A DNA stretch of 64,000 nt. Source: Camelus ferus (taxonomy: Eukaryota). The stretch covers positions 83,950,001-84,014,000 of the forward strand of contig NC_045696.1 in the NCBI RefSeq assembly GCF_009834535.1, given 5' to 3'. The position numbers and the translations under genes were made by a program. The notes under the pieces are model-generated. The model was not told the DNA's origin, ran no database searches, and saw only the letters and a list, made by a program, of their open reading frames with translations. Of the stretch, positions 26,600 to 37,951 are shown piece after piece. Each line of letters opens with the position of its first letter. Position 1 is the stretch's first letter.

Positions 26600-27880
26600 C
26601 TAGGATTGATTGAGCACCTGCTGTGTACCAGGCACTTCCTATGGTTACTTTCATTAACCTCCTCGGAGCATCCCTAGAAAGGAACTCTGCAAAAGCAGAA
26701 AGAGAAGTTTATTCACTCAGTAAATATTTATTAAGCATCTATTATACACCAGAGACTTTTCGAGGTGTTGAGGGTACAGTAGTCAACAAAATAGACAAAG
26801 CATCTGCTCTCGAAAGCTTACAATCGAGGGGCTTAGAAAAGTTGAGTTAACTAACCCCAAATGAAGATGAGATTTGAGAACAGCCCATGTTTCACATACT
26901 GTATAACACACTTCCAGAGGCCCCTCATTATCACATCCTCTTCTGAACAATCTGGTTTTCTTTAAGCACAAAAATCCAAGATAGACTGTTTGTCACTTCA
27001 AACTGATAGCACCTACCACGTCCTGGGCCCTGGACACAGTACCCAAGGTGCCTGCCTTATGGAGCTTGTATCAACCAAATAAACACATATGTGAATATCT
27101 AACTGCAAACTGTGTTAGCTGCAATGAAGAAAAAACTACACTGTGCTATATGAAAGAAATGTCAGGGCCCACTTTAGCTTGGGGAAAGGACCAGGAAAGT
27201 CCTTTCTGAGCAAGAGTTGTTTAAACTGAGAGCTGAAGAATAACTACAGGTTAAGGAAAAATAGAGACTGGTTTAAGTAGGCAGGGACCAGATCCTATAG
27301 GGCATTATGGGCAGCAAGGATGCTGCATTTTCTCCTAGATGCAGAACAATTTCAGAAGCTGATATTTACAGAATGGATTGCCAGGGAGTCTAGAAGTAGA
27401 AGCCTATGGAAAAATTGGGTGGTTATTGCAACAGTCTAGGTGAAAGGAGACAGCGGCTGGATGAAGGTGGTTACAGAGGAGACAGACAAGAAGTGGAGAG
27501 ATTCTGAGTATATTTAAGAGGCAGACTGAGGAAATAGGTAATGGAAAGGAAGGATGGCTGAGTCCTTGACCAACTGGATTGGTGGAGGTGCCCTTCACCG
27601 AAATGGAGAAGGCTGGACCAAGACCAGAGAGGGGTGAGAGAGGGGAGTCAGAAATTTTGTTTTGGATAGGTAAATCTGAGATGCCTGTAAGACATTTATT
27701 TGAGAGTTAAGGAAGTTTAATTAGATAAACAAGGCTAGAGTTCAGAGTACAGGTCTGGGACAGAGAGACATAAGGGAGTTGTCAGCACATTCAAGGCTGT
27801 CAGGGTGGATGAGATTTTTCTGGGGAGTATGGTGAAGAGCCCGCCTATGGCTAAGCTCTGGAAAATTCCAAAACTTGCAA
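26600..27880 (-). mobile_element. L2 fragments (reversed 3' ends and body)
   Basis: attcactcagtaaatatttattaagcatct..., ggtgcctgccttatggagcttg..., ttattgcaacagtctaggtgaaag..., ttttggataggtaaatctgagatgcctgtaagacat. Confidence 0.8.
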
Positions 27881-28063
27881 GACTTAGGAGGATGAAGAGA
27901 GAAAATGATTGTCCATGTGAGTACAGGGCCTGGCAGAAAGCAGGGACACAATGCATTATCATTAGGTTTATCATTAACCTAGAAACAAAATCATCTTTTA
28001 GTTTCTGTTGAAAAAACACTTTCCAGGTTTGAAACACTACTATCTAGGTTGGAACAGCTGATG

Positions 28064-28148
28064 TATTATGTTAAATCATGTGAGTGTCTATTTTTTTGTA
28101 GGTCAAAAATAGTCAAGTTTCCACGTTTTCATCAAGGTCGACCTAATA
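28064..28148. mobile_element. Second MADE2-like mariner MITE
   Basis: tattatgttaaatcatgtga...tttttgtaggtcaaaaatagtcaa...aggtcgacctaata. Confidence 0.7.
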
Positions 28149-29229
28149 TGAATGCAAGGTGGAAGAAAATCTATATCATGGGACAGTATACAGTTCTATA
28201 GCGCTGCCCTTTCACACATGGAGAGTCATCTTTTGCTAACACTAGAGGCTTCTTTATTACCCTAGATATTGTAAAAGGTATTAAAACGAACCATACATGG
28301 TCATGCTCCATACGCCTTACCAATTAATTTTACCCTGGCAATCAAGCTGACAGCCCGAAAATGCTGTTGACAGTTTATCATCATATTCTGACTGTTGACA
28401 ACCCCAACGATACTACTCCTCATAAATCGACACATTCAGCAGGGTAATCATTTGTGATTTCATACATCTTGAACTTCTGTCTGGTTTAAGAAAAGTCTCT
28501 GACTTCCTACTTCTTTCTACAGGGCGAAAACATGTAAAGGAAATGAACAGACATGGTTGAATGCTCTGTAACCTAATCTTAGTTTGTAAAGACTATGCTT
28601 TGAAGAACTGTTTTCATGGCGTTTGAGTTACTTTGTATAATCACAAGTCTACCTCATTTTACCAAACACATATTCCAAAAAATGATGTTAATAATTCAAT
28701 ACATTTTAAATTTACCAAGGACTCATGATTTGAAGTTAGGATTACAAACTTAGATGTAGATGTGTGAATTAGGCCAGTGTAATATAGAGAAGTGGCATCT
28801 GTGGCAAATGAAGAGCGTATTCCTCACCTAAAGAAAAAAATTTTTTCTAAAACATAAACTTTGCAAGAACAACTCAGTAGAAATGAGGTGAGGTAGGAGG
28901 ATTTCAGCCTGCCCAGATGACAATTTGAAATATCTGATTTAAAGGAACCTGGCAATGGATTTTTTGGTATTATCATTGGACAACCTCTAGTTCTGTCTGA
29001 AGTTAGAATTTTAAAATATTAATGTTATTATCATTTAAAGGGTAAGATCTATAATTGTAAATGTCTTATTTTTTAAAAATAATGCAGGGCTTCATAACTG
29101 CAGAATGCAAGATGCATTACACAAACAGTATATAGTAACTATGGGACATTCTATAGAAATACACAGAGGATATTGATCACTTCTGAAGTAATCAAATGCA
29201 AACTTGTTCCTATGTGATGATACACGAGG

Positions 29230-29370
29230 TAACCTAAGTAACTCCATGCCTCATTTTCCTCATCTGTGAAATGGGGATTAAAATAACACTTGTCTCACAG
29301 GATTACCACAGAAATGAAAGGGGATAATGTATGTATACAAAGATATCAGCACAGTTCTTAGGTGGAGATA
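29230..29370 (+). mobile_element. MIR SINE relic
   Basis: gcctcattttcctcatctgtgaaatggggattaaaataacac MIR core. Confidence 0.75.
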
Positions 29371-31281
29371 AAAGTCCAGCGTCTAAAAACAGTAAAGTAC
29401 TCCAGATTTCCCTCTGCACTCCAACTGCCTCCTTAAAATCTTTCACTTTGTCTTCACATACTAATAATAGTCTCCATGTGAATGCAAACAAGCGTCAGGA
29501 ATATATGATATAAAGCCATTGCTCAATGTTCTTTTCTGTTCCATTAATTTCTATGTGTGGTCATCATGTTCATGCTGTTCTTCTTTTCCCACACGAAACT
29601 ACTGATGCAGTAATACTTCTCAGAGCATTCTAAACTCAACCAGGGAAAGGGACAGCCTACATAATGTACAGTTAGTCATTTCATATGCACATCTCTAAAG
29701 TAAACATACCAACATTAACAACCATTATTTTAGATACTTGGATGAATACATATATATAATTAGACATGCAAAAAGCAAAACTTTGGTTTGCTTAATTTCT
29801 CTGAAAATAAGTCATCCTGGCTATGTGTTTTGCCAATAGCTATGAATTTACTACTTAAGCACCAAAATTTCTTTTACCATCTGCATGAAACTTTCAAGAT
29901 ACCTAATCTATTTTTTTTCCTTCAGAAAATGGGAAATGTAGCTATCCTTTCTGACACATCTGAGCGTCCTCATTCTGAACTTACTGCTCTTTGCTCATCC
30001 GTTTTATACCTACTGAGCACTTCACATCATCCTAGGGGCCATGTGTCACTGGATTTCACTGAGGTGTCAAGACATGTGCTTTCAGACTACACTTTTTCAG
30101 TTCCCCAGTTTTTTTCTCTCTCATTTTGAGAGGGTTTATATTAATTTGAGAGGGCTTATATATATTTATTTATTCATTTATTTAGAGAGGGGCTATATTA
30201 TTTGAATCATTGTTAATTTGTCTAAATATACAAATTAAATAGTAAATTAAACAGTTTATTAAAAGTAAACGGGCTCTGAATAAGGACTTAGAATGCTAAT
30301 GAATGCATGAAGTGAATTTTTACAGCAAGAAATCTGGCTGAACTGAAAAGCGGGGTTCTAAGGTAGGTTTTGGTAGGAATTCTGGATCCATTTGATAAAT
30401 GAGACCTTTCTGTGAAAGGTTTTCATTTACAAGTTATTACAAAGGAGAAAAAGAAGAAAACATTTCTTAAAGTATCAGCTGGTACACTACTATATTTAAA
30501 GTGAAATTGGGTTTATGGTTTTAAGTTGTCAGCCATATAATCAAATGACTGTCTTTACTTATATAAAAACAGCAATTGCTATGGTTAATGATTCTTACTG
30601 ATGGATTATTCGTGCTAGTTAGCTAGCTGAACATTATGTTTCTATAATGGTAAAAAGCATAATTAATAATGTTTTGCAGCAGTGAAGAAGCAGGTGTCAA
30701 ACCAAAAACTAAAATTTTCCAATTTAGGTGACATAAAAAGGAAGGTGATATGAGAGTAAACCAGAGCAACAACAGAAATTTGAAGGTGGAAAAGAGAGGA
30801 AATGAGACAGTGTTTTAATTAAAGTTGACTTCTTTCACCTAAAGGCAAAGGGACAATTTTTACATAGCGATGTATCAATGTCTCAAAAAGCCACTGCTTT
30901 TTATAAAATGAAGCAAACAATGCAGAGCAATGAACCCAATCCTCTAAAGACAAACATATGAATGCTTCAGCTGATTTATCATTGTTACTATTTTTTTTAG
31001 GTTTCTAAACTTATTTTTTATTGTAGTAAACAAATAACAAAAAAAATTCCACCTTAACCATTTTTAAATGTATACAACTATTACTTTTTGAACTACTACA
31101 ATGATTCATTCTCCTATTACTCAGACTCACAACTTTCTTAATCATGCTTCCTTAGCCACCCTCTTACCTCAGAGCTGGGGGCGGCCAGGGCTAGGGGCAA
31201 GGTAAATGGCACCAACTAGCTCAATATAAGACAATAGAGAATGGTGGTGATTGTGGAAAACTGGCATTTAAACACAGTAAA

Positions 31282-31316
31282 CACACACACACACACACAC
31301 ACACACGCACGCACAC
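31282..31316. repeat. (AC)n microsatellite
   Basis: acacac...acgcacgcacac. Confidence 0.95.
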
Positions 31317-32272
31317 TCTTACCTGTGGGCTGAGGTCTGACTTGTTCTGTATTCCTTGCACTGTAGCCAATAAAGGGACAAACACTGTTGATTCTGTATC
31401 CCAAGTAGTCCTTGCATCTACATCATCATTGCTACCACCTCTGGGTCACTGTCATCACTTCTTCTTCCCCAGTCCACTTTTTTTCTCCCTTATTCATAAT
31501 GTCACATGTAAATTTACTTGTTTCCCTTGAACCCAGATCTGACACCAAAGGCCATATTTCCTTTTTCAGATTCTTGTACTTATTTTAATTCTACATGACC
31601 AGTACAAATAGATTCATGGTTATTAAAGCTTCACTGTGGATTACATCTTTACCAATATAAATTACTCTTTCTGTCAGATTCGAGATCTTTGCTTTGAATT
31701 GTCTTATCTTACAAATATGGCCACCCTATATTTTTTAATTTATTTTTGTCTATTATTGCATTGCCATCCTTTTACTTTAAACTGATATTATTTAGTTTAG
31801 CTTTATCACTTTAAAAAAACTGTTTTTGTTTTCCACCCAGAATGGCAGATCCTATCTTTCAATAAGACACTAAATCTATTGGTAATTGTAATGTATTTGT
31901 TTAGTATTTTGTCGTGCTTCTTATTTATTCTTTTTGTTTTAATCATATTTCTCTCCTTTGTTCTTAAATATATATTTTCTACAGATGTGAAGAATAAAAC
32001 AACATCAGCTGACTCCACGATTTGTAAAATAAGGCATTTGATATTTTTTCTTACACATCCCTCTCTGTGTTTTTAAAGTGATCTGGGGTATTTGGTCTAG
32101 AAGATTATTGTTTTTTCTACCATAAAAGTTACCTTATAAGAATGATTTTTAATGTCTGAATTGTTTAAAAATGAAATAGGAACAACTACTTAAGTGTCAT
32201 TTGTGTCATCATTTTTTAGTTCCAATCTTGAATTCTTGATTCCAATTTGGCCACCAAAGTATGCATTTCCTA

Positions 32273-32275
32273 TTG

Positions 32276-32307
<32 letters not shown>

Positions 32308-32333
32308 GGTGGTGGTGGTGTGTGTGTGTGTGT
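32273..32333. repeat. Compound microsatellite (TTG)n(GTG)n(TG)n
   Basis: Read directly from the sequence. Confidence 0.95.
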
Positions 32334-32774
32334 CTGCTCTTGTATGGCTGGAAAAGATCATTCCTTTGTTCTTATGCACGCTGAATCCTAACTCAGCTGG
32401 ATAAGCAATTTCAAATCAGAAACTTATTCCACTGCAATTGTGTATACATTATTCCATTACATTCTATCATTTATTGCCACAAAATAAAATCTGATCACAA
32501 GCTGATAATTCTACTCCCTTTATTTTTAATCTGTTTGGAGTTATTTAGGTTCCCCTCTACTCCTTCACTTTAAAATTAAAAAAAAAAAAACTTTACTCAA
32601 ATGTGGCTAGATTTCGGTCTCTCTTCATTAATTTTGCCTTAAGTTATAAGGCTAAATAACAGTAATTCCTTTTATTTTTATCTGCTAATTTGGGTTTCTT
32701 ATAATTGAGTCTTCTTTAATTCTTCCCTACTTTTAAAAATCATTTTCTATTATAGTCACTTAGACTTTTTACAT

Positions 32775-33086
32775 GTACACTTTTAAAGTGTTCAATTTAG
32801 TGGTTTTTAAATGTTGTACAACCATCACCACTATCTAATTCTAGAACATTTCACCCCAGAAAGAAACCACATAACCATTAGCAGTCATCTTCATTTCCCT
32901 GTCCCTTAACACTAATCTACTCTTTGTCTTTATGGATTTGGCTATTCTGGATATTTCATATAAAATGTGGTTTGTTCATAACACCATTTGCAGCAACATG
33001 GGTGCTCCTGGAGAATGTCATTCTAAGTGAAGTAAGCCAGAAAGAGAAAGAAAAATACCATATGAGGTCGCTCATATGTGGAATCT

Positions 33087-33123
<37 letters not shown>

Positions 33124-35560
33124 AAGCATAAATACAAAACAGAAATAGACTCATAGACATAGAATACAAACTTGTGGTTGCCAAGGGGGTGGGGGGTGGT
33201 AAGGGATAGACTGGGATTTCAAAATTGTAGAATAGATAAACAAGATTATACTGAATAGCACAGGGAAATATATACAAGATCTTATGGTAGCTCACGGAGA
33301 GAAAAAGGTGACAATGAATATATATATGTTCATGTATAACTGAAAAATTGTGCTCTACACTGGAATTTTGATACATTGTAAAATGATTATAAATCAATAA
33401 AAAAGTTTTTAAAAAAGGAAAAAAATGTGGTTTGTTGTGTGTGGCTTTTTTTTTTGTTTAGCATAATAATTTCAAGAGTCATCCATGTTGTTCCAGCCGT
33501 TAGTACTTCATTCCTTTTCATGGCTAAATAATATTCCATTGCATGACTATGCAAAATTTTGTTTATCCATTCATTTACTGATGACACTGAGCTGTTTCTA
33601 TTTTTTGGCTATTATGGATACTACTGCTATGAACATTTGGGTACAAGGTTTTACAATGACATAGTTTTTTTCCAATTCTATTAGGCATACGTCTAGAGTG
33701 GAATTGCTGGGTCATATGCTAAATATAAAGTTAACATTTCTCAATGTGGCTGCACCATTTTACAATGCCACCAAGGATATATGAGGGTTCAATTATCTCC
33801 ATGTCCTCATTAGTACTTGTTATTGTCAGTCTTATTTATTTTAGCCATCTAGTGCATGTGAAGTAGTATCCCATTGTGGTTTTGACTTGCATTTCCCTTG
33901 TGACTAATATGTATCTTTTCATTTGCTTATAGGGCATTTGTGTATCTTGTTTAGAGAAAGAAATGTCTATTCAAATCCTTTCCCTATTTTAACTGGGTTG
34001 TCTTTATTTTTGATTTGTAATAGTTCTTTATGCCCTGTGAATACAAGTCTCTTCCCAAGAAGAGAAGAAGTTTGTTTGATTTGCAAATATTTTCTCCTAT
34101 CCTATGGCTTGTTTTTTACTTTCTTGTGTCCTTTGAAACTCAACTTTTAAATTTGATGAAATCCAATTGATTTGTATTTTCTTCTGTCACTTGTGCTTTT
34201 AGAATCATACCTAAGAAACTGTTGACTAATGCAAGGTGATGGCAATTTACTCCTATGTTTTCTTCTAAGAGTTTTACAGTTTTAGCTCTTGTGTTTAGGT
34301 CTACGATCCATTTTAAGTTACATTTTTGGATATGGAGTGAGGTAGCATCCAATTTCATACTTCTGCATGTGGATATCATTGTCTTAGTATCATTTGTTGA
34401 TGACTATCCTTTATCTTGTTGCAACTTAATTGACCATAAATGCAAGGGTTTGTTTCTGAACTCTCAATTCTATTCCACTGATACATATATGTCTGGGTCC
34501 TTTACATTTCCACATAAGTTTCAAGATCAGCTTGTGAATTTTTGCAAAAAAGGTAGCTGATATTTTGATGCATTAAATCTGCAGATTAATTTGGGGGAAT
34601 ATTGCCATCTTAACAATATTGTCTTCTAATCCATGAACATGAACTATCTTCCAATTTATTTTTGCTTCTTTAATCTTTTTTAGTGATGTTTTGTACATCA
34701 TTTTTGTGTTTTTGGTGTATAAGTCCTATATTTCCTTTGTTAAACTTATTCCTAAGTATATAATTTTCTTTGAGATGCTATTGGAAATGGATTGTTTTTT
34801 ATTTTGTTTTTTAATGTTAATGGATAGTGTATAAAATACAATTGATTTCTTTATCTTGATCTTATATCTTGCAACCCAGCTCCTTATTAGTTCTAGTAGT
34901 TGTGTGTGTGTGTGTATGTGTGTGCATTCCTTAGAATTTTCCATATAAAAGATATATTCATCTGTGAGTAGAAATATATTTACTTCTTTTTTTCCAATCT
35001 GTATGCTTTTTATTCCTTTTCCTTGCCAACTGTCCATGCTAGAACCTCTAGTATAATGGTGAAGAAGATTATAGAGGAAACATCCTTCTATTTCTGCTGC
35101 TCTTAAGCAGACATATTCAGTCTTTCACTATTAAGAAAGATGTTAGCTGTGGGGTTTTTGCAGATGTCCTTTATAAGTTGAGAAGTTTCCCTTCTATCAG
35201 TAGTTTGTTGAGTGTTTTCATCACGAAAATGTGAATTTGTCAGATGATTTTTTGCATCTACTGAGATTCTGTTCTATTGCTATAGTATATTATACTGATT
35301 GATTGTCATGTTAAACCAACCTTGCATTCCTGGAATAAATTCCAATTGTGGTATATGATTTTTATTTGTTGCCAGGTTTGATATGAGGATTTTTGAGTCT
35401 ACAGTCAGATTCTCTATTTCTTCTTGTTTTGGCAGTTTGTGTTTTTGTAGTAATTTGTCCATTTCATCTAGGTCATCTGTTGGCATCTAATCATTCATTG
35501 TAGTCCCTAATGATGACTTTAATTTCTGTAAGATTGGTAGTAATGCCTCCTCTTTATTAT
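32775..35560 (-). mobile_element. Old L1 (L1MB-like) with decayed ORF2, interrupted by a younger L1
   Basis: ORF2-like peptides on minus: DLDEMDKLLQKHKLPK...FIPGMQGWFN (35280-35486), IKSIQIGKKEVNIFLLTDEYIFYMEN (RT region, 34726-35037), KWIVDLNTRAKTVKLLEENIG (34140-34379). L1MB-type 3' end near 32800. Confidence 0.92.
32977..33421 (+). mobile_element. Young camelid-type L1 3' end nested antisense in the old L1, with a perfect 15-bp TSD
   Basis: ccatttgcagcaacatgg...ctaagtgaagtaagccagaaagag...aaattgtgctctacactggaa...aaatcaataaaaa. AAAATGTGGTTTGTT occurs at 32962-32976 and 33422-33436. Internal (AC)15 at 33089-33118. Confidence 0.93.
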
Positions 35561-36091
35561 ATTATTTTTAAATATCATTTTCCCCTAAGTTTTAGTAAAC
35601 TAACTTAATTCCTCTTTTAACTGACTGGTATGGCTTCCCACAATATTTAATATACTAATCAGTCTTTATTAATTATATTTTAAAGTCTGGGCTTTACTAT
35701 TCTGTACATTTATGTTGTTTGACTCTTACATCATTATCATTGTCCCTATACAATATTTTGTGCAACTCCTGAAAATTTCTTTTAATTGAATGATACCCTT
35801 CCCATTTTCCTGAACTTTTATTTTAGGGGTAGGGAGTACTGAAATTTAGATATTCAAATCCCCATTTGAATTAAAAGCTATAGTTCACTTAAAATAATAA
35901 ATCATAATAAAATAAAATCTAATATTTAGTAAAATAACATTTAACGAGCATATACCAAATGCTAGGTATTGTGCAATACACTTTACGTGAAATCTCATTA
36001 CACCAACATAAACATCCTTTGAGTCAAGTTGCAGATTATAAAACCAAATTTGAACCCAGTTTTGTATGACTACGGAGCCCACATTCTTAAC

Positions 36092-36314
36092 CAGTGGTTG
36101 ACAACTTTTTTAAGAAAGGGCCTGATAGGGAATATTTTAAGTTTGTGGGCCATATGGTCTTTGCCACAATGGCCCCACTTTGCTGTCGTAGCAAGAAAGC
36201 GGTTTGAACAATATGTAAATGAATGGGCATAGCTGTGTTCCAGTAAATTTGATTTACAAAAGAAAAAAAAAAAAAAAAGTAGTGTGCCTACAGGCCACAG
36301 CTTGTGGTCCCCTG
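36092..36314. mobile_element. MER58A-like hAT-Charlie element, inserted next to a MIR (~35940-36090)
   Basis: cagtggttgacaactttt...aagggcctgatagggaatattttaagtttgtgggccatatggtct...gtaaatgaatgggcatagctgtgttccagtaaa...cccctg. Confidence 0.85.
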
Positions 36315-36993
36315 CTCTTAACCAGCACATCACACTGGCCTAGTTCTTTCTCAAAGCTGCCTTGATTACCACATAGATCAAATTTTTCTGCTTCTGGACA
36401 TCTACCACAGCAACTGTTGTATCACCATCCTAAATCATATATCCTTGTTTACATGAAAATATCTTGCAATGTCTTCTTTTATTAACTATATTGACAAAAG
36501 ATTATGCCAAGGAGTAAGTGATTTTATGTATTTAGTTTTATCTCTCTATAGCACCCAATCCCATGCTATACATTGTAGTAGTTTAGAAATTCATAGGAGT
36601 ATATCTGGAGAGTTTTGTCCCAATAAAGCCACTCACCTAAGGTCACATAATAGAAATGCAAAAACTGGACAATAATAAAGATGTTGATATGGAAATGCAG
36701 ACAACTGCAATATAGCCAAGGTTCTATGGTCAACATCTTTAATTATGGGTTTTTTTAATGTAGAAAAAAGATTTGTTTCCATTTTCTCAGTTCCAATTTT
36801 CTCCTCAGACTTCCCTATCTCAAGGAATCATAATTTATCAAACCTGTAAGCCCATGAAGTATTATTGTTAAGAATGAGTCATAATCATGGTATATAGATG
36901 TTGATAATATTTTTCACTTTTTAGAAAGGGGTAAAAGCTCCATTTTCCAGTATTAAAAAGTTTTAGTATAAGTTCCTCTCTATGAAAAAATGG

Positions 36994-37047
36994 ACACAAC
37001 ATTGTAAAATGACTATAACTCAATACAAAAAGTTAAAAAAAAAAAAA
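36994..37047 (+). mobile_element. Ultra-short young L1 3' tail insertion
   Basis: acacaacattgtaaaatgactataactcaatac plus poly-A, near-identical to the 3' end of the 32977-33421 L1. Flanked by gaaaaaatgg and gaaacaatgg. Confidence 0.75.
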
Positions 37048-37499
37048 GAAACAATGGCTTATTTTGCCTCTTCAAGCAGATAGGATTTGTTTTAAGATTT
37101 GTTTATTATTTAATTGTTCTTTCATTTACATTATATCCATTTTTTTTAATGCCATCTATATAAAGATTCTTTTTTACTTTGAGGCTTAAAGGAGATTTAA
37201 AATAGCATCATCCTTTCAAGGGTTACTGAATATGTCTCCAATGAAAAGCACGGGACAGTATTACATGTGGTATGAGCTAGATGGTCTTTTAACCAGAGAT
37301 ACCGTCAGTCTCTGAACAATGCTTTTGCCCACAGACTTGAAATTTGGTAGCCACAGAAGTGAAAACTTGGTGTAAGAAGGTTAGAGTTTTCTAATCTGGG
37401 GAAAAAACAAACAAACAAATGAACAAACAGGAAACGCTGAGTCAGAAGGAGAAGGAATACAGTGTAAAGTTAGCATGGGTTTAATGGTCAGGCTACGGC

Positions 37500-37951
37500 T
37501 GCCACTATTGACTGATAACCCAAAAGTCGTATTCAAACCACTGTTCCCCTGCTTCATCTACCGCAAAGGCCAAAGTCCTTGTTATCTCAATATTCCTTAA
37601 AGTTAGGGGCAGCTACATGCCACAGGCCAGTGAGTCCACAACGGACATTCACTAGAAGTCACTGGGAAAGATTTTACTTCCTGATTAGAAGAGAAAGACT
37701 CTACAGGCACAAACATTCCTCATTCTTCCTGCCCAGAACTAGAACATGGTATCTGGATCTGCAGAAGAACCCATCTTGAATCAGGCACCATAGGAAGCAT
37801 GAGGACAAAACCCTGACAACACCGAGCCTCTAAACAAAAACAACAACAACTCCTTTCCTCTAAACTTCTTGTCCTGGAAAAAAAATCCAGCCCCTGTTAT
37901 TTAAGGTCATTGTGTGTAAAACTTGCAGATGAAAGCATTTCTAATTGATAC
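37500..37951 (+). mobile_element. MLT1-type (ERVL-MaLR) solo LTR relic
   Basis: agttaggggcagctacatg...ctgggaaagattttacttcctgatt...ccatcttgaa...tgaaagcatttctaattgataca, ending in CA. Confidence 0.65.

Noticed and set aside
32194..32391. ORF with poly-V/poly-G/(VC)n
   Set aside because: Translation of a compound microsatellite.
33387..35486. ORFs resembling reverse transcriptase / L1 ORF2
   Set aside because: Frameshifted, internally deleted fossil L1 with a degenerate catalytic motif (LTDE); not an active element or host gene.
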